Shown: in pieces, positions 39,551-54,914 of the stretch
How positions within the stretch are numbered: the first letter of the stretch is position 1
Layout: every line of letters starts with the position of its first letter
From: Eledone cirrhosa
Lineage: Eukaryota
Reading direction: 5' to 3'
DNA: 64,000 nt
Assembly: GCA_964016885.1 (NCBI GenBank)
Contig: OZ024742.1
Location: forward strand, 158,720,001-158,784,000
Notes under the pieces: generated by a model
What the model was told of the DNA's origin: nothing
Databases searched by the model: none
What the model saw: the letters and a program-made list of their open reading frames with translations, nothing else
Made by a program: the position numbers and the translations under genes

Positions 39551-41306
39551 TTTCTTTATTAGCCACAGGGGCACAAAAGAAGGGGACAAATACAAAGGGG
39601 GAAGTTTACATACAATAAAAACGTGTAAAATGTTATCACAGATGGAATTTAAAAGTTAGTCGATTTTCCCCAATAGAGGGAGACAGTTTATATGGGTAAC
39701 ACAGACCCCCGAAAAAAATGTGCAACCCTCATCTCCAGGAGTACGAAGAGCTTGTACTCCTTTCCTCTCCTCCTCCTTTTCCTCAACCTACAGGCTGATA
39801 TAGAGAGAAGGCCCATTCACTCGGGCCATTCTCGCCACTTTCACCCACCTTTCATAAAACTTGCTGGGGTACAGCACCTCTCTCTCCATCCTGATTCTTC
39901 TTCCAAAGTGGTATTTGAAAAAAAGAATCAGTTGTTGGCCGGAGAGAAAGGTGTCTGACCTCAGCCCTTTCAACCTTGTCCACCATACAACCTCTTTCGC
40001 CATAGCTATCACACAAAGGAAAACCGCCTCTCCTTCGTTTTTGAAGGAGGGTGGCGGTTTGATCATGACAATGGACTCGGTGGTCAACTGGATTGGTCCC
40101 ACCCGCGACAATAGTCGTTCTACATAGCCCCACAGGTCAGTGACGCCCGGGCAGTGTATGAATGCGTGCGCGACGGTTTCTTCGTCTCGCACGCACCTCG
40201 GACAGATCTTTTTTGCAGGGTCCCTGCCCGGGCGCCCATGTCTGTAGAGCTTGTCTCGAACTGGTAGAGCTCCTCGGTAGCACTGCCAGGCCAGGGACTT
40301 TTGGAAGTTGTCCATCGGTCCCGGGCGGAAGGTCCTACCGAACAGACTGGCCAGTTCATCTTCCTCCACGCCTAGAGTTTCACCGAGCGCGTCGTCGCAC
40401 TTGCTGCGGACCAACCCTCTATAGAATGACGAAGTGGAGTCTCCACTGATCGCCGGGTCCGCCTGCCAGAGGGCTGTGAGCGCCTGAGCACATTTGATGT
40501 GCCAGTCGCCCATTTTCCTCGGTCTCTGCTTGACCCAGGACTGTAGCTCGGTCAGTGAGACGAGTCGTGGGAAGGCTCGCCTCACGAACGGGGCCCACAC
40601 CGGTTGTCCGGTGAGGAATACGTAGAGATGCCGCAGCCTGAGCGCGTGTTTGCGCATCGTCAACCACGGCATCCCCAGCCCTCCGTTAGAAGGGTGTTGG
40701 CAGCAGATGGATCTTCTTACCAAAGGAGCCCGCCTCTTCCAAAGGAATCGGAAGAGGGCGCGCTCCATTTTGGCGAGCGTTTTGGCTGGACAAGGCACGA
40801 CGGTCAAGCGGTAGTAGATGGCGGACGCTATAAAAGTGTTCGCCACCTCCGCTCGACCTTTCAAGGATAGTTTGCACTCGGCCCACTTCTGGGTGAGTGC
40901 AAACACCTTGGCCGTCACTTCGTTCCAGTTCTTCTCCACCTGGAGGTCCGGACCAAACCAGACCCCGAGCAGCTTTACCGGTCCTTCCGTCCAGCGTCCG
41001 ACGACGCCATCGGAAGGCATCGGTCTGCCTCTCCACGATCCGAGTTGCAAACCGATGGACTTGTCCCGGTTCAGCTTCGCTCCTGTGAGACTTTCGTATT
41101 CCTTTAGTAAGGTGCCGACTTTCTCGATTTGCGAGGCGCTCGACACCATTACTGTCACGTCGTCAGCGTAGGCCGACGCCGCTTTCCGCAGTCCCGGTTC
41201 CAGAGGGATGCCCTGCAATAGCTCCAGCTTCCGCAGTAGTGGCTCGAGAGTCAGTACGTACAGAAGGGAGGAGAGAGGGCACCCCTGTCGGATGGACCGC
41301 GCGATT
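39551..41306 (-). mobile_element. 5'-truncated Tx1 copy, probable recombinant
   Basis: Near-identical to 31791-33520 except for the 5' terminus, which equals that of copy 2. Confidence 0.9.
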
Positions 41307-41350
<44 letters not shown>

Positions 41351-41351
<1 letters not shown>

Positions 41352-41489
41352 TTCTTTATTAGCCACAAGGGCGCAACAAGAAAGGGGACAATACAAAGAC
41401 ATGCCGGGGATTTTACATACAGTCGTGTAAAAAAATATAAAAACAAACAATTTCAACAATCGAAATCCCCAATAGGGGGGAGGCGCCAC
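41351..41489 (-). mobile_element. Short 3'UTR fragment of a third Tx1 subfamily
   Basis: Same gtggctaataaagaaa end; (GATA)n on both sides. Confidence 0.8.
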
Positions 41490-41550
<61 letters not shown>

Positions 41551-41570
41551 CTACAAAAGTAGTCTAATAA

Positions 41571-41765
41571 TTGTTTCTACTTTTGGCACAAGGTCAGCAA
41601 TTATCCCAGTGCATTGCTGATACTTTATTTTATCGACCCTGTAAGGATGAAAGGCAAAGTTAACCTTGGCAGGATTTGAACTCAGTACATAAAAGGCCAT
41701 AACACTATGCTGCAATGCATGGTGTCCGACGCTCTACCTTTTCTGTCAATCCACCGCCTTCCTAT
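41571..41765 (-). mobile_element. tRNA-derived SINE
   Basis: Same family as 2656-2843; TSD-like tagtctaata on both sides. Confidence 0.8.
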
Positions 41766-41887
41766 TAGGAAATAGTCTAATATTAACTATGCGTATATGT
41801 CCTGGTTTCCATTGTTGCCTTTCTTATATTATTATTAGACTAATTCAATTGAATTTTTGAATTCCAACACTGCCTTCTAATCACGTG

Positions 41888-42047
<160 letters not shown>

Positions 42048-42225
42048 ATGAAATCGAAAATGCAACTGGATAATATATATACATATTATATATACACCTA
42101 TATATAATATATATATTTTTTTTTAAATAAGACTCCAGTTTCATTTTCGATTTCATCTTTCTTTCTTTATACTTTCACTCGTGTAGGACACCTCGGTTAT
42201 TTTTCACTTTGTAAAAAAACCTCAC

Positions 42226-42295
<70 letters not shown>

Positions 42296-42503
42296 ATTGA
42301 TTTATTGATATTTTATTTGAGTGACCCGAATCTTCCTGGTCGTTCTTTTTCGGCTGTACGGGTGATTTTAGGCATAATCTCCGTGTTGGTAATTTAACGA
42401 TGGTTATAGCTCTGATTTATCCAAATTATTGAGCCCTCTGCCACACATATCGGATATTGTTTATCGTTAATTCGTGAGCTGTTTTTCCGATTCTCGATTA
42501 TTC

Positions 42504-42554
<51 letters not shown>

Positions 42555-43039
42555 GGTTTTTCGGAGGAAAGAACCACAGTTAAATAAGTTACTCTATACA
42601 TTAGTAGAGAAGATATATTTCATATAGAAATGACATCATCAGGACTATTAAGTTTTCACTCGTTTGAAATCATCCTGAATATCTAGGATATTCCTGCTGA
42701 TTTCCCACACCTGTTGTATTGTGAAAGAAGTAAAGTAAGAAAGACGTACAGGAGAAGATCTCCCCCTGTACACGAAGAAATTGAACTCAGACACGGAATA
42801 GTGGAACGAATACAGCAAATATTCTGTCCGACGTCCTAACAACTACTTTGCCAATTCGCCACCTTCTAACATTACTGTATGGTATCAGTATCGTTCCGTA
42901 ACTCTTGAGGGAGTCGTATGGGCACCGGTTTGATATACGGCATTTCTAGAGTATTTTAAGCCTAGTGGAGCCCATTCCACTCCAGGCCTAAGTACAATAG
43001 ATTTTTTTCCAGAGAAAGCTAGAAAGTGAGAGAGGGGAA

Positions 43040-43222
43040 GTGAGAAACAGATATGGGGGAGGAATCCACACCAGTACTTGACTGGCCCTTTTTTATCGAC
43101 ATTGAATGAATGAAAGATAATGTTAACCTCGACGGTATTTGAACTTAGAGAGCAGAGAGCCGAAACAAACACCGCAAGGTATTCTCTCCAGCGTGCTAAC
43201 GACTCTGTCAATTTGCCAGTTT
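43040..43222 (-). mobile_element. Degenerate tRNA-derived SINE (another head at ~42765-42865)
   Basis: ctggcaaattgacagagtcgttagcacg..agttcaaataccgtcgaggttaac..gtcgataaaa. Confidence 0.65.
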
Positions 43223-43920
43223 TCACATTACTGTACTTATTCCCAAAACCTACTCGTTTCCCTCATTTGGAAACTTTGCTAGCTAGATATGTTAAAACAA
43301 GTTTGAAATATTGTCATTTTCCATAATACTTTTACTAGGTTTCTTTGAAGATATCCATCATTCCAATTGTGTATATATCTAATACATCTCTGCTCCTATA
43401 ACGCTTCTGATTATTTCTGTTTTATTGTTGTTTGTATTTTGCCATTTGTTTGTTTTTTGTTGGGGTTTTTTTTTCTTTTCTTCGAATATTTCTACTTATA
43501 TAGATTCTATGAATATATTTGAGAATGATAGATTATGTTGCTATTTTATATCTATTAGGCTCTTAGTATTTTATCTCTTACTTATTTTACATACTTCAGA
43601 TAGATTCCTCTTTTCTTATATTCTCCCTCTCTTTACATTTACAATACAACAAAGGAACCTTTAATTTCATTTGCTTCTTTCCAAGTTATTCCGTGGCTTG
43701 CAAGGGAAAGCAGCCATTTTGTTTTTAAAGCTCTATATCTACATAATTTATATTGTATCACTCATTTATTCCGCTTTCTTTTTCTTGCTCTCTGTTTACG
43801 CATATATATGTACTTACGTATCCATCTATATATAAATATACATCTTAAAATATCCATAGCGAGACATATGTATATTTATTACACCTCTGTTAACTATCTA
43901 CCCAGTCTTTCTATCACCCT

Positions 43921-43996
<76 letters not shown>

Positions 43997-44232
43997 CATA
44001 TATATACATATATATATAATGCGGATCTACGTAAATTACAGAACCAAGTTATATTATTTAAATAAGTTCTCGACACAAATGCATGCTACATAAGGTTTTA
44101 AACTGCAACCACCATAGAACATAAACATTCTATACCTGATAGTTTAGTTATCTTGTGGTATACATAAAGGAAAAGAGGGCTCTATGTTAGGTACGGAGCG
44201 AAAGTATATAATAAATCATTTCTTTGCACAGC

Positions 44233-44415
44233 TGCTTGCTACGTAGTGTTCCAAAGCTTACTCTATCATTGGTCATAGAGACACTATATATACATGCTAG
44301 TGTTGCTTATCTTTTAGGGAAGTCTAAGATGCTGAAATATAAGCAACACAAGCATATATATATAGTGCCTCTATGACCTATGCTAGAGTAGGCTTTGAAA
44401 TTTAGGTAGCAAGCA
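44233..44415. repeat. Diverged inverted repeat (~75-bp arms)
   Basis: gcttgctac..ggtcatagagacactatatata..tgttgcttat matches ataagcaaca..tatatagtgcctctatgacc..gtagcaagc. Confidence 0.7.
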
Positions 44416-44417
44416 AA

Positions 44418-44511
44418 AAGAAGAAGAAGAAGAAGAAGAAGAAGAAGAAGAAGAAGAAGAAGAAGAAGAAGAAGAAGAAGAAGAAGAAGAAGAAGAAGAA
44501 GAAGAAGAAGA
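44418..44511 (+). repeat. (AAG)n microsatellite
   Basis: Direct reading. Confidence 0.95.
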
Positions 44512-45072
44512 TTGAATAGAACATGTAATAATCAAGTGAGTTTACTATAAAACGGGAAAGTGAAAGCGATGACGAAATGAAAGTAGCAAAATAATTGCTG
44601 TCTTACTAAAGCTGTAGACGCCACCAGAATCATCAATTGAACGAAAAATAAATTAAATAAATTTCATATTGACCAAAGAACATAGTGTAGATAATAAATG
44701 CACTTCTTATTTCATTTAAGAGACAATGCATTTGACACATGATGTCTAAATAAGTAATTCAAAATTAATTACATTTGTCAGAGCTGTTACGACTAGGTCG
44801 GCGTGAAACGTCGATTAGTGTTGGAAGAATCTTGAAGCAGATTTGTGCATATTACCTGTAAATCTAGGAAATCTAGACACTGGTAGTATTGTTTCTGCAT
44901 GCAATTTAGTTACATAGACAACACACACATACACATTCTCAGACGTGTTCGCTCTCACACACAGATGAACGCACACACACGCGTGCACGGAAACACAAGC
45001 AGATGCACACTTTTATATATGTATGGCCTCAGCCAGATGGATGGAACAGGTAAAAGAGTAAAAGAGTATGTG

Positions 45073-45140
<68 letters not shown>

Positions 45141-45174
45141 AATGGTTAGATTTCTTATCATACATATATATAAG

Positions 45175-45213
<39 letters not shown>

Positions 45214-45845
45214 TTTCGCTCGACATGGTTGAATCTGAGTTTTTCGAATCTAAACTATAATAAAGTATGGAGCGCGAGACTGCGTACTGTTTATAACTTT
45301 TTGTCCCATTAGTAAAATAAGTTGGATTACTTTGAGTAAATAATGAATGAATATTACATAATTTATCTACTAAATTTCGTGGTTGTTGATTAAAGATATA
45401 TTGTTTATTTAAAGATTCACTTTAAAATTTCTGAAATGTCAACACTTGCGGTTCGGTTGGCGATCGCTTAAATAAACATACTCATTTTCTGTCACTAATT
45501 TTCTCCTAATGCAGTTTATATATAATATCGTATTTTTAATGTATCATGGATTACGTTACTGATTAAATAAGACAGTGTAACGCAGTCTTCGTTCAATTTC
45601 TATGTATTATATATTGTCAATTAAGATTTTATTTGATGTATCATATCTACATGTATATATATACCTGCGTATAATATCAATATACACACTATACATGCTA
45701 GCAGAAAACCACCCGCAGTGTGGTTTTTCTGCTAGTATTAATAATAACATTCGATTCGTTTGCAATTATGCAAACAAGCATCATTTTTAATGCCATGTCA
45801 GTAGAATGAACCCTTCATTCTTGCTCTTGTGTTGGCGTGAAAACA

Positions 45846-45895
45846 GAACTGCAGACACTAATGTTTCTGGGTATCACCCTTCATCAGTACAGCTC
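45846..45895 (-). ncRNA. Canonical hammerhead ribozyme, GUC triplet
   Basis: gagctgta CTGATGA a gggt gat accc a GAAAC attagt GTC tgcagttc; 8-bp helix I. Confidence 0.85.
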
Positions 45896-46102
45896 ACTGT
45901 TCACCTGCCAACTGTCAGAGTTAGTGAAAATATATGCTATTTTTGAAAATATAGTTATTATTAATATACGAAAAACTCAGATTACATTTATATATATATA
46001 TACAAAATTTAAATTAAATTAAGGGTGTCATGTCAGAGAGACCTGCACCATATCCACTGTAAAATATTCTCCAAGATTACAATGAATAGATCCGAGCATT
46101 TT

Positions 46103-46622
46103 ATATCAACTAGAAATTGATTAACATATATATATATCTAAAATAAACATATGAAACAATCACAGGGAATAATTTGTAAAAGTGTGTAAGCACACACAAC
46201 TATGTGGATAACTAATTAAATTTTAACTAGAACTTAAAAAATAGATACCTTATAAATTGATTAATCCTCCTTGTATATATTTCAAAGCTGGCGCGATGTG
46301 TGTATTTGTATTAAATGCAACACGTGCTAATAGTTAGTCACAGATTTGAATTTGATGTGTAAACACAAATAGTTAAGTCTTCTTCCTTGTTGAAAATCCA
46401 GGATTTGGCTACTGTCGTTTACCAATCGAATAATTGGTGAAATATATTTCTTTAATGAAATATATACAAGGAAGATTAATCAACTTATAAGGTATCTATT
46501 TTTGATTTTCTAGTTAAACTTTAATTAGTTACCCACATAGCTGTGTGTGCTTACACACTTTTACAGATTATCCCCTGTGATTGTTTATTTTAGATATATA
46601 TATATGTCAATCAATTTCTAGT

Positions 46623-46628
<6 letters not shown>
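46103..46628. mobile_element. Older fold-back element (arms 46103-46284 / 46457-46628)
   Basis: Inverted homology with several substitutions; both arms start at the HHR GAAA. Confidence 0.75.
46381..46475 (+). ncRNA. Hammerhead, U3-A8 variant with 60-nt helix II region
   Basis: tcttccttg TTGAAAA ... GAAA tata TA caaggaaga; 9-bp perfect helix I. Confidence 0.65.
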
Positions 46629-46673
<45 letters not shown>

Positions 46674-47642
46674 TAAACAAATAATGAACAAACAATTCCT
46701 TATATTAAACAAAAAAAGTTCACTATTTAACGATCGTTTCTAGGGTATATATGTGTTATAATTGGTATGCATATTTAACAGATCTATGTACAAAATTATA
46801 CAAAATTATACAAATTATCAAGATTAAATATACATACCTAACTCATATATACGCCGTCTTCAGAAATAATGAAGTATATTTATTGATAATAACAACAATT
46901 CAAAATATCAGTTCAAAATTGACCAATGAAAACACAAAGGGTTAAAAAGCAGTTTGGTGTGTGTATATACATGTAAAACCCTACACACATTTTACAATAA
47001 TGTGTGTATAATCTGTATGTGCATACTAAAAAGATGGATGCAAATAAAAAATTTCAAGGTTAATATCTCTGTAAGCTTAATGCGCTGATAAGATACGCAA
47101 TGATACTTATGGAGTCAAGCATATAAATATATTTTTTTCATACTCACACATATCAGTATAATCACACATACATGTGCGTATATATATAAATATACACATA
47201 ACCACGAACACACAAACACACACACTCCCCCACTCACATTTATATATGTGGATATAAAATCATAAGCAAATAGAAATTAAGTCACTCACATAAACACACT
47301 GGTACACACATTTCAAGATCAAGATACAGAAATTAGGTGGGAGGGGGGGGGAGGGGTCAGTATTAGACTGTCAGACCAGACAACCTTAATATAAATGTAT
47401 CTATAAATTATGAAAAATAAAAAAATAAAAACAATAAAATATAATACATATAATATAATGTACATACGCATACAGATATACATACACATACATACATGTA
47501 CGCGCACATAGAGATATCTATACATACATACATACACACATACCTATACTGTCATACACACACATACATTTACACGAACATACACATACACATATAAAAA
47601 GATATAAATACGGACACACACACGCGCAACACATACATACAT

Positions 47643-47691
<49 letters not shown>

Positions 47692-47798
47692 TATACGCAC
47701 ACGTAGACTCATATATATATACATACACATACATACATTTATACACAAACATATATATCCCACACTCATACCACCATAAAAACACATACAAACATCCA

Positions 47799-47845
<47 letters not shown>

Positions 47846-48056
47846 ACATACACACACGTACACACATATGTATATATACATACATATATACACACATACA
47901 CATATATATATACACACACACACATAAAATACAGACATGCACATATATATATATATATATATATTTCATTACTCTTATATATACACATAGTATATATACA
48001 TACACAACCTCACTTATACACATATACACATAAGTTATATTACAATAATAATAAAG

Positions 48057-48099
<43 letters not shown>

Positions 48100-48242
48100 T
48101 ATACACACATATACACATATACATACACATACATACACATACATACATACATACACATACATACATACACCTAAATATAAACATATATAAATACACACAT
48201 ACGAATAAAGACATATATTCACACATAGACACCTATATACAC

Positions 48243-48274
<32 letters not shown>

Positions 48275-48304
48275 CTATATACACACACATACACATACAT
48301 ACAC

Positions 48305-48342
<38 letters not shown>

Positions 48343-48418
48343 GCACACACATACAGACACACATACACACTCACATATATATATATATATATATATATGT
48401 GTATGTGAGTGTGCGCAA

Positions 48419-48451
<33 letters not shown>

Positions 48452-50131
48452 TACAAACACACACAAACTCATACATATGCATACGTACACACACACACAC
48501 ATATATCACATAGATACGAAGATAAACATATAAATAGAGAGACATACAAATATATACAGAACCCATATACACATACATACAAACACGCATATACATATAT
48601 ATACATATATACACACATATATATTCCTATATACAAGCATACACATACACACACATATATACATATACATACACATATACATACCACACATTCACATACA
48701 CGTACATATATAATACATATATAAACATATATATACATACATATGTATGTACAATCATATATACACACTCAATCTTACATTCATATTTACATGCTCATAT
48801 ATGTATTTTTATATTTAGAAATAAATACCAAAAAAACTATATAGACACCCATCTACACATATATTCATACATATACACTTACAAAAACAGATGATAATAG
48901 TATGGGGGAAAGGGGGGGTTTGGAGAAGGGGATCAAAGTAAATATATGTTTCAAGAAACATATAATATTTTCCATATCTTAATTCAATGTATGTTCTTAC
49001 ATATTTTCAGTGCTAGGAAATACGAAATCTATGCATCACAAAATAAAAAAGTATACTATTAATCATATGTCAACTAAACCAAAGATAGTCAACATATTGA
49101 TTTCCAAGGTGTAAATTAGTTAGGTTTATAATATTTGAGGCAGAATTATGAAGTCAAACAGTAGTAGATTATTAATTACATTATAACTAAATTAAAGTTA
49201 ATAACGTTATGGTATCAATATTAGGAGATGAATTTAGTAATAGGGAAAAGAAACCCAAATAAAAATAAAATAAAGTATTACATCGGTAGTAGCATATAAA
49301 TTATATGTTAACTAAGTTAAAAATTATATATTTATTTCAATAGTATATGTTAATTAGTATATGTTAATTAGGTATACAATACATAAAGCAGATATTGTAT
49401 TTCATCAATAGCATAATATAATTATACGCAAATAAAAATCAAAATTAATACGCATACATATACATATACATACACATACACATACATATACATATACATA
49501 CACATATATATATATATATATATACATATATATACACATACATACATATATAGTCACATAAATATACATACAGATACACATACAACACACACATATACAT
49601 ATACATATAGATATACATATCTTTTTCAAAAAATTTGCACAGAATATATTAACTAGGTATATATCCAAAAACACCTCCCATTCTATGATTACATGACATT
49701 CTGCAATTCGTCTGTACAAGGATACTAATTTTAAGCAAATTAAAGTTAAAATTAAAGTTTTAGGTTGATTAAAGCTAAAACCAAATAATAAATATATTTC
49801 CAAAATGTATATTAATTAGGTCAATAATACTAAAAATTCTTTCTCCGTCATAGGATACATGATATTATTTTGTTATATTTTATCTGTAAAAGAATTACAA
49901 TAAAAAAAAATTATAATAAAAGGTTAAACTAAATTAAAAAATTATAATAAAAGGTTAAAATAAGTTAAAATTAATCTATAAATTAAATTACTGAATATAT
50001 ATTAGTAATATTTAAAGGTTTTTCAAAATTAATGATTACATAATATTTTCTCATCTGTAATAAAATATTAATTAAATTAAATTTATAGGTTAACTAACAT
50101 TTAAATTAAATTAAATTCTAGAATAATGTTA

Positions 50132-51353
50132 TTAATTAGGTTTATAATATTTAAATGTTTTTTTTAGTTTATGATTACACGATATAATTAATTCCTGTCT
50201 TTTATTTAATAAGATATCCCTAGACTTCATTATTTCAAATAGTTCATGGGAACATAATCTACATTCCTTTCTATTATTTTGATAAGGGGTGGCTCTTTTG
50301 AGCACACTCCAGGTCAAATCATATTTTATATTTTTATTTTTATAACTATTGATTTTTTCTGCTAGAGATGTTGTATTAGCCAGTGCGGCATTTTTAAAGC
50401 TATGTTTGTGGGTATTATATCTTGTCTTAAAATTGTTAGAGGTAGCTCCTATATATGAGCAAATAGAATCTTTAGTCTTAACATTACATTTATAGACTAT
50501 GTTGTTAACAAGACAATTCCCTTTTAATGGGCAGTTTGTTTTGTTTCTACAGTTACATCCTTTCGTTAATTCTGTATTTGAGGAGATATTATTGTTAATT
50601 TGATGTACTGGTGGTATACTTATAGTTTTCTTACATTTATATGCATTATATGCACTTATATTTTGTTTTATGTTATTTGTTGTAGAATATGAGAATTTAA
50701 CTGTAGACCTATTTAAGATTTGATGGTATTTGTGGTTTGGCGGGAAGTTTTTCTCAAGGATATAAAAAAATTTTTTAGCAATATTATCCTTAACTTGTAA
50801 ATTAAAAGGAGCATTATACCAAGTAACTCGTCTATTACGGTTTCTATGTTGTTTATTATTTTTATTATTTTTATATGTTGTATCATGATTTTTACTAGGA
50901 GGAATAATGTTAATGATCTCACCACAACTATTTTTAGTTATATTTGTAGATTTAGGTGTTTTATCTTTTTTATTAGGAGTTTTATTATTAATATTTATTA
51001 TAGTCTTATGATGAGTAGTTTTTTGAGGGTTACTATACTTTATATTAAAAGATTTAGTATTTTGGGGTATACTGTGGGTGGCATTTAGGTGTGTACTTTT
51101 CATTTGGTGTTTGTTGGTAATATTATGCTGTATGCTTTCAGTATTTTTAGTAGAAGGTATATACTCTAATCTATTTTTGTGGCCACTTCTATCTAGAGCT
51201 TCATTATAAAAGGTCGCATTTTTATCAAATACATCTTGGTTAGAAGAAAGGTTAGAAATTCTAAGTGATATATTATATGCAAGGTTTTTAAGGATAGATT
51301 TAGGGTGATTAGATTGTGAGTGTATGTAATGTAAGTTTTGGTTAGGTTTATGG
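50132..51353 (-). CDS. Inverted copy of the PLE linker + GIY-YIG region
   Basis: Translation identical to the C-terminal part of 51338-53026. Confidence 0.9.
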
Positions 51354-53026
51354 GTTCTTCTATATCACCCATACTCCTGAACAAAGCATTAATATTTGCT
51401 AAAAATAGATCTAGTTTAACTTCGGATGACATTAACATTATTACACATGCTAGACAAACACTTATTGAATTTCAGAATGAATACTGGACCAGAAACACTT
51501 ATAGTAATCTTTTTGATATTACTATGGGTTCAAGCGATTCTGCCCAAATTACTGATCTTGTGGGCCTCTTTCTCCTTTTCAACATAAATGCCTCTTTTCC
51601 CCACCTCAAAGGTGGTTTATATCGTGATGACTGTCTTCTTCTTTCTAACAACCTTAGCCTTTCAGAAATCGAAAAAAACAAAAAGCATATTAGAACTTTC
51701 CTTAAAGACTATTATAACCTTAATATTACTTTTGAAAAAACAAGTAAAGTAGTAAATTTCCTAGATATAACTTTAGATTTAGCTACGGGTATATACCAAC
51801 CTTACCATAAACCTAACCAAAACTTACATTACATACACTCACAATCTAATCACCCTAAATCTATCCTTAAAAACCTTGCATATAATATATCACTTAGAAT
51901 TTCTAACCTTTCTTCTAACCAAGATGTATTTGATAAAAATGCGACCTTTTATAATGAAGCTCTAGATAGAAGTGGCCACAAAAATAGATTAGAGTATATA
52001 CCTTCTACTAAAAATACTGAAAGCATACAGCATAATATTACCAACAAACACCAAATGAAAAGTACACACCTAAATGCCACCCACAGTATACCCCAAAATA
52101 CTAAATCTTTTAATATAAAGTATAGTAACCCTCAAAAAACTACTCATCATAAGACTATAATAAATATTAATAATAAAACTCCTAATAAAAAAGATAAAAC
52201 ACCTAAATCTACAAATATAACTAAAAATAGTTGTGGTGAGATCATTAACATTATTCCTCCTAGTAAAAATCATGATACAACATATAAAAATAATAAAAAT
52301 AATAAACAACATAGAAACCGTAATAGACGAGTTACTTGGTATAATGCTCCTTTTAATTTACAAGTTAAGGATAATATTGCTAAAAAATTTTTTTATATCC
52401 TTGAGAAAAACTTCCCGCCAAACCACAAATACCATCAAATCTTAAATAGGTCTACAGTTAAATTCTCATATTCTACAACAAATAACATAAAACAAAATAT
52501 AAGTGCATATAATGCATATAAATGTAAGAAAACTATAAGTATACCACCAGTACATCAAATTAACAATAATATCTCCTCAAATACAGAATTAACGAAAGGA
52601 TGTAACTGTAGAAACAAAACAAACTGCCCATTAAAAGGGAATTGTCTTGTTAACAACATAGTCTATAAATGTAATGTTAAGACTAAAGATTCTATTTGCT
52701 CATATATAGGAGCTACCTCTAACAATTTTAAGACAAGATATAATACCCACAAACATAGCTTTAAAAATGCCGCACTGGCTAATACAACATCTCTAGCAGA
52801 AAAAATCAATAGTTATAAAAATAAAAATATAAAATATGATTTGACCTGGAGTGTGCTCAAAAGAGCCACCCCTTATCAAAATAATAGAAAGGAATGTAGA
52901 TTATGTTCCCATGAACTATTTGAAATAATGAAGTCTAGGGATATCTTATTAAATAAAAGACAGGAATTAATTATATCGTGTAATCATAAATTAAAAAAAA
53001 CATTTAAATATTATAAACCTAATTAA
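51354..53026 (+). CDS. PLE RT (5'-truncated) + thumb/linker + GIY-YIG endonuclease, tentatively Nematis-like
   Basis: FDITMGSSDSAQ, GLYRDD, VNFLDITL, HSQSNHP, WYNAPF, CNCRNKTNCPLKGNC, IVYKC..YIGAT, CRLCSHE; the annotated start at 51338 lies in the inverted arm. Confidence 0.92.
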
Positions 53027-54705
53027 TAACATTATTCTAGAATTTAATTTAATTTAAATGTTAGTTAACCTATAAATTTAATTTAATTAATATTTTATTA
53101 CAGATGAGAAAATATTATGTAATCATTAATTTTGAAAAACCTTTAAATATTACTAATATATATTCAGTAATTTAATTTATAGATTAATTTTAACTTATTT
53201 TAACCTTTTATTATAATTTTTTAATTTAGTTTAACCTTTTATTATAATTTTTTTTATTGTAATTCTTTTACAGATAAAATATAACAAAATAATATCATGT
53301 ATCCTATGACGGAGAAAGAATTTTTAGTATTATTGACCTAATTAATATACATTTTGGAAATATATTTATTATTTGGTTTTAGCTTTAATCAACCTAAAAC
53401 TTTAATTTTAACTTTAATTTGCTTAAAATTAGTATCCTTGTACAGACGAATTGCAGAATGTCATGTAATCATAGAATGGGAGGTGTTTTTGGATATATAC
53501 CTAGTTAATATATTCTGTGCAAATTTTTTGAAAAAGATATGTATATCTATATGTATATGTATATGTGTGTGTTGTATGTGTATCTGTATGTATATTTATG
53601 TGACTATATATGTATGTATGTGTATATATATGTATATATATATATATATATATGTGTATGTATATGTATATGTATGTGTATGTGTATGTATATGTATATG
53701 TATGCGTATTAATTTTGATTTTTATTTGCGTATAATTATATTATGCTATTGATGAAATACAATATCTGCTTTATGTATTGTATACCTAATTAACATATAC
53801 TAATTAACATATACTATTGAAATAAATATATAATTTTTAACTTAGTTAACATATAATTTATATGCTACTACCGATGTAATACTTTATTTTATTTTTATTT
53901 GGGTTTCTTTTCCCTATTACTAAATTCATCTCCTAATATTGATACCATAACGTTATTAACTTTAATTTAGTTATAATGTAATTAATAATCTACTACTGTT
54001 TGACTTCATAATTCTGCCTCAAATATTATAAACCTAACTAATTTACACCTTGGAAATCAATATGTTGACTATCTTTGGTTTAGTTGACATATGATTAATA
54101 GTATACTTTTTTATTTTGTGATGCATAGATTTCGTATTTCCTAGCACTGAAAATATGTAAGAACATACATTGAATTAAGATATGGAAAATATTATATGTT
54201 TCTTGAAACATATATTTACTTTGATCCCCTTCTCCAAACCCCCCCTTTCCCCCATACTATTATCATCTGTTTTTGTAAGTGTATATGTATGAATATATGT
54301 GTAGATGGGTGTCTATATAGTTTTTTTGGTATTTATTTCTAAATATAAAAATACATATATGAGCATGTAAATATGAATGTAAGATTGAGTGTGTATATAT
54401 GATTGTACATACATATGTATGTATATATATGTTTATATATGTATTATATATGTACGTGTATGTGAATGTGTGGTATGTATATGTGTATGTATATGTATAT
54501 ATGTGTGTGTATGTGTATGCTTGTATATAGGAATATATATGTGTGTATATATGTATATATATGTATATGCGTGTTTGTATGTATGTGTATATGGGTTCTG
54601 TATATATTTGTATGTCTCTCTATTTATATGTTTATCTTCGTATCTATGTGATATATGTGTGTGTGTGTGTACGTATGCATATGTATGAGTTTGTGTGTGT
54701 TTGTA

Positions 54706-54738
<33 letters not shown>

Positions 54739-54814
54739 TTGCGCACACTCACATACACATATATATATATATATATATATATGTGAGTGTGTATGTGTGT
54801 CTGTATGTGTGTGC

Positions 54815-54852
<38 letters not shown>

Positions 54853-54882
54853 GTGTATGTATGTGTATGTGTGTGTATATAG

Positions 54883-54914
<32 letters not shown>

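Noticed and set aside
32361-41171. Alternative-frame and antisense ORFs over the Tx1 copies (and likewise over the RTE LINE)
   Set aside because: Shadow ORFs of GC-rich LINE coding sequence with no independent motifs
45696-45737. Hairpin ctagcagaaaaccac..gtggtttttctgctag as a terminator
   Set aside because: Eukaryotic context with no associated gene; function unsupported
51338-51353. Start codon of the 562-aa PLE ORF
   Set aside because: It lies in the inverted arm; the RT is 5'-truncated at the inversion junction
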